A DNA stretch of 62,783 nt, filler included, from Globobulimina sp. (GCA_003354225.1; 44 parts of 44 records of this genome joined end to end with filler, not necessarily neighbours in it); one strand, 5' to 3'; numbered from the whole stretch's first letter, positions 12,421 through 25,639 are shown. Program-made: numbers and translations. Notes: generated by a model from the sequence alone, not told the origin.

Positions 12421-12933
12421 TTTGTAATTGGTGTACATACAATTAATAGTCACTTCCTTCAAATTGCCATGGCGCACTACTTTTTTCCGACAATATTATT
12501 ATTAGGTAAACCAAAAAATGAACATAAAACAAAAATGAACGTAAAACTGGATTACAACAAATCAACGAAATATATTTTAAATGGTGTGTTTCATCATGTT
12601 CCTATATGGTTACAAAAAGTTGAAAAGTCACTCAAAATGCTTTTCTCCAAAATCTTTATTAATCAATAATCCATTACAAATTAGAATGTATTTGGTTAAC
12701 AAAAAATCAATTGAATTTTTAATGTGGTGTTATCATGATTTTGCGACTTATGCAGTTCTAAGCAGTTTTCNNNNNNNNNNNNNNNNNNNNNNNNNNNNNN
12801 NNNNNNNNNNNNNNTTAATTAATTAANNNNNNNNNNNNNNNNNNNNNNNNNNNNNNNNNNNNNNNNNNNNTATCCTTTTTCTAAATCTACAAAATCCGTT
12901 TTCCAGTTTGCTGTTTTTTGTACTTGTTTCAAA

Positions 12934-13993
12934 ATGAACTGGATTATAAACTTGTTAATACTGCCTATTTCTAGGGTATTCACATGGTCACCATCTCATA
13001 TTACAGGAATTATTTATTGTGATAATCAAATTAATGAAACGATTGAAGAATATGACCAGCACTTTTGGGAACTAAGAATATATTACGATTTAAATATCTC
13101 ATTTTCGACTTGTTACTCAACATTTGATGCCCAGATCATGGTATTTAATATATCTCAAAACGAAATCAGTTCCAAATATTGTGCCGGCGATGATTGTCAA
13201 GATACAAAAACAAAATGTTTGAATGGAACAATAAAAAACGAATTTTTCACAATGCCATTAAATGCGGGAATTTATTACATTCGAATCAACGGCTTTTCAT
13301 CAGATAATGGCTTATATGCCATCCAGACAACATGTTCAGACCCAAATATTTTGTTTGCTAATACCACTATAATTTATACAACAACAACAACTGAGTCAAC
13401 AACGGATGAAACAAGTATTAGTTAAATCAATTTTGTTTTTTGTATTTATGCACAACATAAAAAACTTTGTTTCTAAAGTTACAACAACAGGTAAAGAGAG
13501 AGGGAATACAACACAATTAATATTAACAACTGCAGTGTCTGCCGTATTTATCATTGGTTTCCTGATTGTTATTGGGTTAATAATTTCGTTCATCATTTGG
13601 TTTTGTAAACACACAAAAAAGAAGGAAAAACAAACGAAAATTGCGTTTTCAAAGTTGAAGAATGAAGTTGAAGAAATCGGAAGAAGAAATAGTGTGATAT
13701 CGCTACAAAATGTAAATGTAAATATGTTGCAAAATCAAAACGAATTCGAAGAACAGAAAGCAATTATTCGGATAAATAATGAAGAAAATGATTTTGATCT
13801 CCCGATATATAGTAATAATCAATGTGTATTATGTTGTGAAAACATAGCGAATATAGTGTTGTGGCCTTGCGCTCATGTTTGTTTTTGTAATAAATGTGCA
13901 AATGCTGCGATACAAAATGATAGATTATGTCCTCAATGCAGACATACAATAACAGATTTTAAGCAAATATTTCGGGGCGGTTTTCGAGTGTAA
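12934..13993 (+). CDS. Type I membrane protein with a cytoplasmic RING (C3HC4-like) domain; one intron (~13415..13478)
   Basis: Signal peptide, Cys-containing ectodomain, Thr-rich stalk, TM AVFIIGFLIVIGLIISFIIWF, and RING CVLC..PCAH..CNKC..CPQCR. A phase-1 intron joins the two ORFs in frame. Confidence 0.8.
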
Positions 13994-14300
13994 TTCAATT
14001 ATTTTTTGTTTTATAATTTAATTTTACTATTATTAATTTATTAATTTTGTTTTTTGTTAAATGCAAAAAAGTATCCTAACGAAATAAACGAAACAAACAA
14101 CAAAAAAAAAAAAAATCAAAAAAAAAGCTGAAATTCTACCCCTTGGATATTCACGAAAAGTACTTTTCGTGATAATTCTACTTTTCGTGAAAGTTGCATA
14201 NNNNNNNNNNNNNNNNNNNNNNNNNNNNNNNNNNNNNNNNNNNNTTAATTAATTAANNNNNNNNNNNNNNNNNNNNNNNNNNNNNNNNNNNNNNNNNNNN

Positions 14301-14391
14301 AGGGTAGTGTAGGATATGATAGGGTAGTGTATGATAGGATAGGGTAGTGTAGGATAGGATATGGTAGTATAGGATAGGGTAGTATAGGGTA
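14301..14391. repeat. Degenerate pentanucleotide microsatellite (ATAGG/GTAGT)
   Basis: Run of ATAGG, GTAGT and GTAGG units at the contig start. Confidence 0.75.
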
Positions 14392-14393
14392 TA

Positions 14394-14963
14394 TTGGTGT
14401 TTAATGATAATATTATTGATGCGACCCGTAAGAACAGATCAAGAACATTCTGGAATGGAGATGCAGGTGTTATGGGTAGATATGATAGGGCTGTGGCGTA
14501 TTCTTTGATTGGCGAATTTAAAGGTAGTAAAATCATGACAACAGACGAGTATTGTGCGTATATCGACTGGCGATTTAAAAGTATGTCTGCCCATATTAGT
14601 GATGGATATGACGTAGTTATTCCTGCCCCATATGGTGCGGTGTTAAAGCAATATCCGCGAAAATTCTTCGAGAATACCACAGAGACAAACAACAATGGTA
14701 AGCAGTTTATTACGCATCGGGTTGGAGCGAATACTGAATTACCGGATGAGTTGCGGGTGTATATTGAGCAGAAATTAGGTGAACTTATCCAGGCATCACA
14801 AGCACAGAAAGCACTGTATGTTAATTATTATCGTAAGGTGCCGAAATTTGATTTATTAGCTACGCCAATACATAGGCAATCAGGACATATTGATGATGTT
14901 ACCAGATATTACCCACAATACACTCAACGCGCACATATTGAGAGGTTTTTAACGGATTACTGA
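14394..14963 (+). CDS. Hypothetical protein, possibly with a phage-type macro-like domain
   Basis: 189-aa ORF with the pattern VFNDN..G.AGVM.RY..ID.RF..I.DGYDVVIP..H.VG...LP. Confidence 0.4.
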   Translation: MVFNDNIIDATRKNRSRTFWNGDAGVMGRYDRAVAYSLIGEFKGSKIMTTDEYCAYIDWRFKSMSAHISDGYDVVIPAPYGAVLKQYPRKFFENTTETNNNGKQFITHRVGANTELPDELRVYIEQKLGELIQASQAQKALYVNYYRKVPKFDLLATPIHRQSGHIDDVTRYYPQYTQRAHIERFLTDY

Positions 14964-17160
14964 TATAAGCAAAGTTTTGATCGGATTTTTGTATATCCGG
15001 ATGGCAACAGAGAATGGTGATTATTACATCAGTTACAACGGAAGAAAGAATGGAATATTATGCCTCCTGAGCTTCGAGGAGCTATTTTTAAGAATTCATA
15101 TCATCGCAACGAGAATAGACGCTCACAATATTACGTCAAGCAACTGGTGGATGGCTGGGAAATAGATTATGAACAGTTAGGTATATGCAAGGCTGACAAA
15201 TTGAAACGTCGCCTACGTGCACGTTAAAGCTATGACATTAGGCAGTAATTCTGATAATAATAACGGGAATGATTCGTTGCGTGGTGGTGTGGCATCGAAT
15301 AAAAATGTTAAAGCAGCAGTTAGCGGTGTTGTGCAGGATTTGGCGGATTACGATAATATATCACTGTTATGCAGATTTAATAGCTCAGAGTGATTTAAAT
15401 CCGCCAGTCGCTGCGATAAAGTTTGCGTTTAGAGAATTATTGGCAATATTCCTGTATTATGCAGAATTTGTTAATTTTAGCCGTGGTCATTATAATATCC
15501 ATGGCAAACCGGAAGATCGCTATATTATATTTAAACGATATGGTACAGAGCGAGAAATTGCTGAAATCTATGTGATGGGAGTTATTTCGAATTTGGCAAT
15601 GAATATGCAGTGGGAGCAAGTTTAAACATANNNNNNNNNNNNNNNNNNNNNNNNNNNNNNNNNNNNNNNNNNNNTTAATTAATTAANNNNNNNNNNNNNN
15701 NNNNNNNNNNNNNNNNNNNNNNNNNNNNNNGGTTCTAGAAGCAGCGCATAGTATGACATCTGTATTCCATTCTGTAATAATATTACATATGGTTGCTAGT
15801 TATACAGAGCTGCTTCATTACCACACAATGCAAAGTTTTTATTGTTTTTATTGTAGATTTTTTTAGTTTTTAGATAGTTCAACAACTGACGCACAAAAAA
15901 ATACAGAATTAGTCTATATTTTTTTTGGGAGAAACGATTCTAACGATGACGTTTGATTCGTTGATGGGCGGGTTGGTTAACACTCGACTTTGTCAGAATA
16001 AATCTGAATAATTCAGAATATTTTGACACTATGGATACAGGAACTATTCACTTTTTTGCTCCTTTCACTTTGTTTTCTAGCGCCTCGTCTGATTAAATAC
16101 AGACTTAAGAGAAGTTTTAAGTTATTTTGAAAGGTTTTTTTATTTTACAAAGATAAAAAGAACCAATCACAAGCGATTGGAAACAATTTTATATTTGTAA
16201 TATATACAACACACATATGAGTCAAACACAATGTATAATAATGTAAAAAAAGGAAATTAAATAAAAAATGAAATAAAACAATTATAATATTATTATAAAT
16301 TGGTAGCAACAAACTATTTCCATTCGTGATGCGTTCTTAAATAAGAATTGATGTTATTACAGTACTTATTGACAAATTGTATTTTTTGATGTTCTAAGTG
16401 CTCAGGAATGTATTTTAAAGCACGGCGGTAACTATTTTGGATTCCCATCGTGTCGTAGATGCGATCGTATTCAATAACAATTCGTGCTGTTTTAGATTCT
16501 GATTCTATTTGCATTGATTGTTGTTGTTTTGTTAATAAATTAAATTTAATCTTATTTTTAATAAACTTATTTTTATATAAATAATATTGTTTACTTTGCA
16601 GGTCACTCACTTACTAAGAGAATAGCTCAGTACATGTCACAGATCAACTTTCAAGTTGGATCTAACACCACTACCATACGAATTAGTTTCAGATGTAGCA
16701 GGTCCTATCACAATTTTCGCAATTTCCCAATTAGATTATCATGGAGTGGACTGACGTTTGGAACATTACTCATTTTGCTGGATTTAGGCACATTTTTTGC
16801 GGAACAGAATTGTGAAGTTTTCTTACTTGTGAAACAGTAGTGTGGAGCAAAAAAAATAAATCCACAAAGCTTTTTTCATGTCAACATTAAATACCAGACA
16901 TTCTAGCATCAATGTCGTGCATGGAGTCAGCATTGGTTCCGCTAAACAGTGATTATTCCAGCGTCGATGAATCATCACTTCCAAATTCGAATCAAATGGA
17001 CCAGTCGAATCACAACTGGTTGTCAAAACATGTTTTATTTAATTTATTTTATTTTCTTCGNNNNNNNNNNNNNNNNNNNNNNNNNNNNNNNNNNNNNNNN
17101 NNNNTTAATTAATTAANNNNNNNNNNNNNNNNNNNNNNNNNNNNNNNNNNNNNNNNNNNN

Positions 17161-18490
17161 ACTGCGTCGCGTCCAATAATTTCCATATGATAATGCGTGC
17201 AATATCTTCATTAAATATCTTCCGCTTCTTCCACCGCGCAAAAAAATCGCCATACGGTGCCAATTGCATCACCATATAAATATTGGTCTTATCTTCATAC
17301 ACATCCAACATACGTACGATGCACGGATGGTTTACTAACCGCATCATAGAAATCTCATTCCGCAACGACATCTTCTCTCTGGAGTCAATAGCGGATTTAC
17401 ACACGATTTTGATGGCACATTCTTGCTTTGTGTCTCTGTTTATACCCAAATGAACCACACTGAAATGCCCCTTACCTAACACCTTCCCGATCTTATAATG
17501 CTGTTTAATGGCAATGGTAGCGGCAGCTACTTGGAGGCACCTAACCCACTCATCCCTGTCTTTTTTGCTTTTGCTATATAATACTTTTCGTTTCTTATTG
17601 CCCTTCTCCTCCGAAGGCGCGGTTAACTCCACACCGTACCAGCCTTTATCCATATGATTGTCGTTCATCTCAGTGATGTACCATCCCGCTATGAACACTA
17701 CGTTGATGGGATATTTATCGTTGGCCTTCTTGAAGGTATATAAGAATTTCTCTTTGATCACGTAATATCTGCTAATAAAGGACTTGAATTTCGCGCCAAT
17801 TTTATACAACGAGCCCTTTCGCCCAACTTCGTTCAATGTGGCGGTGGATACGGAGGGTAAGACGGTGGCGGCCGTGGCTAAATTCATTATCTGCGACACG
17901 GAAGTGGCCGATTGGCGGTTTAATTTTTTGCCACATTGCGGACAATATTTGATGATGAATCCCGGAGCTACGTCCTGTCCAAATTCCTTTTTATTAAAAA
18001 TCACATATTGATTGTAATGATTTAATTCTTCTTTGGTTTCGTTTAAGGGCTCTTCCATATGAATGGAGGTATAATATTTATATTTGCATTCACTGCAAAT
18101 AAACACAGAATGTCCTTCGTCGCCTTCCTCTAAATAGATCTGCGTCAATTTATCGTACAAGGCGGTGAAATGGGGCGGCATGGATTGAGTGGGTTGGTCG
18201 AAGGACGTCACAGAGCGTACACTGGCGAGTGCGGTGGGTGTATGCAACCCAGATAAGCCACCTAAGGCAGATAAGCTTTTGTAGGATGCGGTGCGTCCTT
18301 TAGAGCTAAGTGAGATTTTTTTGATGGATTCGTGATTTTTCAATGATAAACGTGATAATGCGGCGCGCGGAGATAATTGCTGTGGGTCATCGCTCTTCGT
18401 TTCGTTGTCGTCGTCGCTATGACCGTGGTATTGGTTACGGTTATTAGCGTGGGTGTCATCAAATCCGCGCCATATATGTTTAACAAATAC
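17161..18490 (-). CDS. PH-domain plus CAMK-group Ser/Thr kinase (CDPK7-like architecture), internal fragment
   Basis: PH: KGSLYKIG..RYYVIKEKFLY..RDEWVRCL. Kinase: LGKGHFSVV, CAIK, EISMMRLVNHPCIV. The frame is open across the whole contig. Confidence 0.88.
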
Positions 18491-18590
18491 NNNNNNNNNN
18501 NNNNNNNNNNNNNNNNNNNNNNNNNNNNNNNNNNTTAATTAATTAANNNNNNNNNNNNNNNNNNNNNNNNNNNNNNNNNNNNNNNNNNNN

Positions 18591-19173
18591 ATTTTTGTTT
18601 ATATTCAGATTGCTGCTCATTGTCAGATCGTTGATTAGTTATATTTTCACCAAATCCCATTTCCTGCACCGTATCCATTGATAAATCCTGTAATACCAAG
18701 ATTGGCTTATCCTGGGATTTGCGCATTTGTTGCCAATGATAATTAAAGTCGGCACAATTCCACCTCAACACCGCCAAATTGCTATGTTTCCTGAATTTGT
18801 TTAAATTGAAAGCAATCGCTGTAATCTGCAAAAATTGCGCCGAAGTTATGTTTTTATCATTAATCAAAGCAATAATATTATTATTGACGAATTCTCTCAT
18901 TGTCTGGAATCTGCCCATTAAAAATGCTATCAATCGACCTTGATTTGGGTTCTTTTGTGCATTTTTCATCAAAATCTCTGTCACTCTCTGCAATGTCGTC
19001 CGCCATACCACCATGAAATTCGTTTTCTTTTTTAAGAAAGCTTTCATTGCATTTTTTAATGAATTACCATAAATTAAATACAATTTCCAGTATGATATCC
19101 AATTAAATTTTATTATGTAAAATATGGAACCATAGCCATCCAATAGAAAATTTATCATTTCATTTAATGCCAT
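18591..19173 (-). CDS. Hypothetical protein ending in a possible AP-endonuclease (EEP) N-terminal motif
   Basis: LAVLRWNCAD..PILVLQ resembles the WNxxG..LQE start of retroelement endonucleases. Confidence 0.3.
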
Positions 19174-20020
19174 ATCAATCTCTGCTTTCTTTGCAATTAA
19201 TATCCCATCGGATTTCAGCTTTTTTTCATTAAATGCTCTTACTTTTATATTTTATTTTATTTATGTTTATTTACAATTATTTAGGAGTAGTATATGCAAC
19301 GCGCGATTTCCATTTACTTTTATTTATCACTGCACCAACAATGACATAAAAGCAGGGTAAATCAAACCATTTATTTTAATGCTATCCACATCAATGGATT
19401 GAATACGATGGAAAGTCTCAACATTTACAGATACCTCAAACTCGCGACCAGTGAGAAGTAACCGCAAAATAACAAACCATCAAAGATATACACGACACAA
19501 ACAATTAATGTGCAAAAAGAATGCCATCCAACATACAAAGTAGTACATGTTAAGAAAATAGAAATTTTCATACATACTTGCCGCAATTTGTGCCATTGCT
19601 CTGTTCCAATTTACATCTTGTTTGCGACTAATTATATTCTGTAAAGTATCAAGATTCTCATAAATACTCTCATCAATTAATTGTTTTGATGCCTTTGGCA
19701 TTAACCACTTCCTAGTTTTTCTCCTGTCATTATTGGTAACGACATAATTATGCGCATCATTACCTGCAATGCCATGCGATGCAGCGAAATTATTCAATTT
19801 TTGCAGTGACGACACATTTTGCGGACTTTGCCTATTCTGCGCCTTCAATTCATTTAATAAATTAATTATTTGCTTCGATTGATTCTCTGTAAAACCATCA
19901 TACTGTGAATTATTTGCATCNNNNNNNNNNNNNNNNNNNNNNNNNNNNNNNNNNNNNNNNNNNNTTAATTAATTAANNNNNNNNNNNNNNNNNNNNNNNN
20001 NNNNNNNNNNNNNNNNNNNN

Positions 20021-21350
20021 GTTAATGTTCCACTTGATGAAGTACCAATAATTAAGTCCGTTCCAAATCCAACAGTTCCGGTAGAGGTTCTGTTAATTGA
20101 AAAGTTTAAAAGGTTTTCGTTGCCACTTGTAAAATACAATGTACCTAAAGCTCCTGTTCCTGTTACTTGCATAACACTTGTAATACTACCTGAAATTGTT
20201 CCTGTTCCTACACCAGTTCGGGCAACTGTTCCATTTAATGTTATAGTCTGTCCATTAATTGCAAATGGGTTTTGTTGTAGATCAAGTACTCCGTTTATAA
20301 CTATATCATTACTGAGTGTTACACCACTGGCATTTGAATTATTTATTGTTAAGTTGTTTATTGTAGTTGGCAGGTTAGTTCCTGTTATTTGTGCCCCAGA
20401 ACCATTATATGTGTAATTAGCACCTACATTAAAATCATGGGTGCCTGATGTTTGTATATTATCATTTATACCATTAGCATGTCCAAGTAACAAATCAGCG
20501 GTTGATTCAATGGTAAAACTTCCTGTTCCAACAATTTCATAAGCACCACAGTCCAAAGTACCCCCACTTTCAACAATTACTGCTCCCGATATATTCCAAT
20601 TTGCATTACCAGTATATGTATCTCCATTTTGGATAATAAAAGTATGATAATCAGAAGTAAAATCCAGAGGGTGAGAACCTGTACCACCCGGATTTGTCCA
20701 CCAATTATTAACATCATTAGGATTAGTATTCCCAGAAGAATAATAAGTTGCAATTGGAGAGGTATATTCTATCCATGTATTATCCGCAATTACATCTACT
20801 TCGTTCCAGTAATTGTAATAACCAGCTACACCACTGCAAATCCCAATATCAACGCCAGTATTGTTAATATCTTCTGTTCCAAATTTTAAAACAATTTTAT
20901 TCGAGGTCTCATAAAAACTAACTTGAATGTTAACATATTGTGCATCATTCCAATCAATTTCTATATTATTATATTCGATGGTAAAAACCTGATTTGGTGA
21001 AGTTCCAGTTACAAGATATCTAATATATCCACCATTATCACCTACATTACCATCTGCAGTAGCAAGTGAAATAATTTGTCCCAATGTAATTTCACCTGTA
21101 GACAAATCAAAGTCTCTTGCCGTTCTCCAATTTGTAATTGCATTTCCATCTAAACGAATAAAACCGTTTGTACAGACACTTAAAACATCTGTAGTACTGT
21201 AGTTATTATCATAAAATGAAAAGTTAAAAGGCCAATTTAGTGTAGCCCTGGCATCATCACCAGAAACTATATCGTTTCCTCCTGAACAATCTATCCAATT
21301 ATAGGTGGTTCCAATATTGCCTGTTGTTGTACTGATATTTATTGTTTTGG
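20021..21350 (-). CDS. Large bacterial secreted beta-rich protein (Bacteroidetes T9SS-substrate type), internal fragment
   Basis: Intronless frame open across the contig, G/T/N-rich; FQVxFYE-like IQVSFYETSNKI, YYSSG..NNWWTNPGGTG, YTYNGSGAQITG. Confidence 0.7.
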
Positions 21351-21454
21351 NNNNNNNNNNNNNNNNNNNNNNNNNNNNNNNNNNNNNNNNNNNNTTAATT
21401 AATTAANNNNNNNNNNNNNNNNNNNNNNNNNNNNNNNNNNNNNNNNNNNNGAAA

Positions 21455-21487
<33 letters not shown>

Positions 21488-21772
21488 AAAAAAAAAAAAA
21501 AAAGGAAAGGGGGGGGGGGGGGGGGGGGGTTTGACATTAGTCTAACCAAAGCACATGTTTATGGTCTAAAAACGCAAAAATAAAATGTTGTCACCACGCA
21601 AAAATGTTTTGACATTTTGTTCAGGATACTTGATAGACAAAAGCAATCAAAAAAAATTAAAGAAAAACGAGAAAAATCAAACAAAAAACGTTCTAAAACG
21701 GCACTCGTTAAAAAATAGAGTAGACGGATATAAAAAAACAAAAACTTAAAAATACTTTAATTTTGCTATAAA

Positions 21773-22780
21773 TTAAACAATAAATACCGACATCATCGAC
21801 ACAACAAATGCAAAAACTACCGACACCACACCCGCACCGCCAACAAAAGTTATCCGCGGATCATACTCAATATCACCATCACAAGACTCAAATTTATAAC
21901 ATAAATCCAAATGATTATTGCCATTGCCTCCCTGATCTATGGTGACCTCGATGTCATTCCCATCGCTGCAATGCGCCACTTCGTCATTTTCAATCTCAAA
22001 CAGTCCGTTGGAATATACATCACGGTCTTCATCAAAATTAAATGTCCCTTTTTTATTGGTCATAATACCAACACATAATTCCAAATAATTGGTAGCTTCA
22101 TCTAACGCCCAACCGGTAATATTGACGGAAAATTTTAATGAGTTCCGATCCACGGTAATATTTTGCGAATTATCTGCGGGATCTGGAATCTCTGCTTCTT
22201 CTCTAAAAAAAACCGTGGTTAAAGTGAACGAGGCGTCCACTTTCGTCAATGTATCCGCATGGAATATGGTCTGTAAATGTACAAGAAATTAAATGTAGAA
22301 ATATTCAGTTTTTATATGGTGCTTAACGGTAATTTGTGAAGATTGGTCTGTGGAAAAATACCAATCTTTGGTGGAAGCAAACGACGTCTCTTTATATCGT
22401 GTTTTTTGATCATCAGACGTATATTCAGTTAAATCTTCCATTTTAAATTTAATAAATTTACCATCGCATGGATCATAGAGACGAAATCTGTTGTTGTTGT
22501 TTAAAGAGAGTTAGATATTATATAATAAACAACAAAAAAGGGTTTAACTGTGTTGATTTTCCAATGTACTCAACGGTCCAATCATTCATTTCTAAATCAT
22601 CATCACAATCCACTGGATCCTCATCAACATCACAAACCACGTTAGCACAGCCATAATCTACCCACCATTCACAACAATCATCACCAATCGTAGTGTCACA
22701 ATTTGCTTCAGCGACCCCGTCACACATTGACTCACTATACACTGCGGATATACATATCGCCGCCATTCTCTACCACGATG
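21773..22780 (-). CDS. Cys/Asp-rich secreted protein with a C-terminal hydrophobic anchor; introns 22548..22488 and 22327..22271
   Basis: Two short GT-AG introns join three exons in frame; LKFSVNITGW and IEYDP motifs; C-terminal hydrophobic tail. Confidence 0.65.
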
Positions 22781-22880
22781 NNNNNNNNNNNNNNNNNNNN
22801 NNNNNNNNNNNNNNNNNNNNNNNNTTAATTAATTAANNNNNNNNNNNNNNNNNNNNNNNNNNNNNNNNNNNNNNNNNNNN

Positions 22881-22952
22881 GAGTGGTTTTCAACTTTGAA
22901 TACTAGGATTCGAAACCTAGGTCAACTTCGAATACTAGGTTGAAAACCACTC
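22881..22952. repeat. Short foldback element with 14-bp perfect inverted repeats
   Basis: GAGTGGTTTTCAAC ... GTTGAAAACCACTC, with an internal direct repeat CAACTT(T/C)GAATACTAGG. Confidence 0.7.
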
Positions 22953-23092
22953 TAGCTAACCCAAAAACCTTGCCAATCACAAAAGAAGTGTTTAGAAGTC
23001 TACGATATATTGATGATGATGATGAACAATTCAAAAACCGATTGACCACATCAATCGTTTAGTTTTGACATTCCTCGAACTCTGAAATAACT

Positions 23093-24210
23093 TTACTCAA
23101 ACACAAAATAGCACCAATTATATCCTGCAATCAATTTACAAAGTTTTGAGTCCTGCTTCAAATCATAAAACATTTGAAGAACCGATGCACATAATATATT
23201 TACATTGTGTTTAAACATATAAATCATATTATTCTCTGATATCAATACAATACAATTTATCCCGACACTCATTTCCTTGAATACAGCTTTCTTTGGATAT
23301 CGATTTTCCAAAGTCCAAACACATCGATTATATTTCTTTTTGACTATTTTGCCTTTTTTCTTGTCCACAGCAAGCAAAGGCGCACCAAATCCATAGCATC
23401 CACCATCGCAACATAACACCATTGTGAATGTATTACCGCATTCTGCCTTAATAACAGCTTTATTTTGATATACATACCTTTGCGGCGCATAAATATGTTG
23501 AAATGCATCGAATGAACATTGAAAATATTGATTATCACCAAAGTTCCAAATATCAGCAAGTATATTGTCTATGCAGCAGCTATGCTGTTCGCCACAACTT
23601 ATAGATGATATAAAGCAGTCATTTTCTACAAATTTCTCAATTAACAGCGGTTCTGTAACACTTAATATATCCATGTAATCATAGCCCAATCCAAGCTGTC
23701 CTTTGTCATTGCCACCCATTGCATATACTGTGCCATGCTCCGATAAAAATAAAATATGATTCAATCCAGCTCCGATGTCAATAATATGGACTCTATTCAA
23801 TGAGTCAAGTTTTTTGAAGTTCATAGCTTGCTTTGCTATGTCATTGAAATTTGTCGTATGATATATGCTACCATTGGCCAACCCAATTACTGTGTTTCCA
23901 GCATAAATTCCATTGTTTATCATAGTAATATATTGATTATAATCTGTGATATCTAGTTGTTGCATAAATGATTGATATAATTCAAATTCGGTTGTGTGAA
24001 ATGGCGGTTTGTCTGTTGACAATTGCAGCAATTTATTTTTTATGTTTCTTAGCAACAACAGAGTGGGATGTATATACATGTATTGTTTATCCCATACGAT
24101 TGCTTCTAATGAATGCATGCGATGCATTCCTAACTGTGTACTGACTGAATATATTTGATAATGCATTAATGCATATATTACTGATCGAAGAAGATACTCG
24201 CTTAGCACAA
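23093..24210 (-). CDS. RCC1-repeat protein, 5' truncated
   Basis: IGAGLNHILFL..VYAMGGNDKGQLGLG, ISCGEQHS, FGDNQYFQ, ECGNTFT. Confidence 0.85.
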
Positions 24211-24310
24211 NNNNNNNNNNNNNNNNNNNNNNNNNNNNNNNNNNNNNNNNNNNNTTAATTAATTAANNNNNNNNNNNNNNNNNNNNNNNNNNNNNNNNNN
24301 NNNNNNNNNN

Positions 24311-24948
24311 TTGTTATAGAATTATTAATCAATTTCTTAGCAATTTTCTCTGATATTGGCAGATTATTACAGCGATGTTTATTTTGACCGCAAATAATCG
24401 CTGCCTGCTGAGCCAAAATATCCGCAACACGAATTCCATGATTTGTGTCTCTTTTACATTTTTGAAATTTAACAGACAAATTATATTTGGCATACAATGT
24501 ATTAAAACACGAATAAATCTGTTTGATATAACTAATAATTATATGATCATAGGTTATTTGCAATTTATTTATCCATAACAAAGCATTAATATTATCTGAG
24601 ACAATATGTATATATCGAAAACACACCAAAAATCCTGGCGGTAACTTGAGAATTTGTTGAAATATCGTCAAAATTCCAAGTAATTCAACGATATTTATAT
24701 CCAATAGGTAAGAAATCCTGTTGTAATGACAATATTTCATACTGCAAAGCGCCATTAACATAATCATATAAATCAAAATCAGAATAAACCGCATATGGCA
24801 CAGTATATGTATAATGAGCAGGTTTTGGATGGTCATAAATGCGATGCATTTCAAGCAAAATGCCAATCCCTGCAAAACCATCAATGATTGAGCCATCACT
24901 GAAGGCAAATAATGTATTATGACTATTATTTATTTTTACTGAAGGCAA
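24311..24948 (-). pseudogene. Frameshifted RNase H (type I, retroelement-like)
   Basis: FSDGS..AGIG in one frame; ELLGI, IHIVSDN and ADILA in another; frameshift near 24705. Confidence 0.65.
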
Positions 24949-25199
24949 ATATATTTTTCATGCACAAAACTGATATGTTTGCATCTGACAATGAAGGATG
25001 GAACAAATTTAATCTTACGGCCATTTATATTCATTGTTGATCGCCAATTATAATTTATCAATGGTAGGATTTTATATTTTATCGCAAGCAAAAAAATCTG
25101 AAAAAACGGATTCTTTTTATCATTAGTTTTCATATAACGCAGTTTATTACGTTGTGTACGTTTGTTTACTTGGATATAAACTGCACAAGCATTTGCGTT

Positions 25200-25639
25200 C
25201 CAGCCGTAAAATATACAAAGCAAATATCTCACCCACAACATAAACATTTTGTGCCAATGCTGCAGACGTAAAATGCAATATATCAGTCCTTCCTTTTTCA
25301 TTGCTCTCCTGACTCTGTGGGCCGCACGGCTGTAAAATCAAGTTATTCCCTCCATGCGTAGTGTTGCGTACCAACAGGATTTGTAGGATTATATACATAG
25401 GATTGAGTACCGCTGCTTGTCGCCTTTGCAGTGCTCAGCGAAGCTCCACTTCCATCCATATAATATGGCACATTTGCATATTGTGGCAGACCTAAACTTT
25501 GCACACAACAATTCCCTCCAGACCCTGTCAAACCAGGTCCTAACATATAAAACAACACATTCCATGGCACAAAGTCCTGCGGCACAAACAATTTATTTGC
25601 CTTTGCTGCATCAAATGCGCCCTAAACAATGCAGGACCA
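25200..25639 (-). pseudogene. Frameshifted CocE/NonD-family hydrolase C-terminal fragment
   Basis: YVYNPTNPVGT, then in another frame HGGNNL..GPQSQ..RTDILHFTSAAL..VVGEI. Confidence 0.65.

Noticed and set aside
16920-17030. GH38 alpha-mannosidase-like LEVMIHRR..EP on the minus strand
   Set aside because: The match is too short and the flanks do not continue the family pattern.
21451-21529. Poly-A followed by a poly-G run
   Set aside because: It sits at a contig end and is typical of low-quality or two-colour sequencing artefacts.
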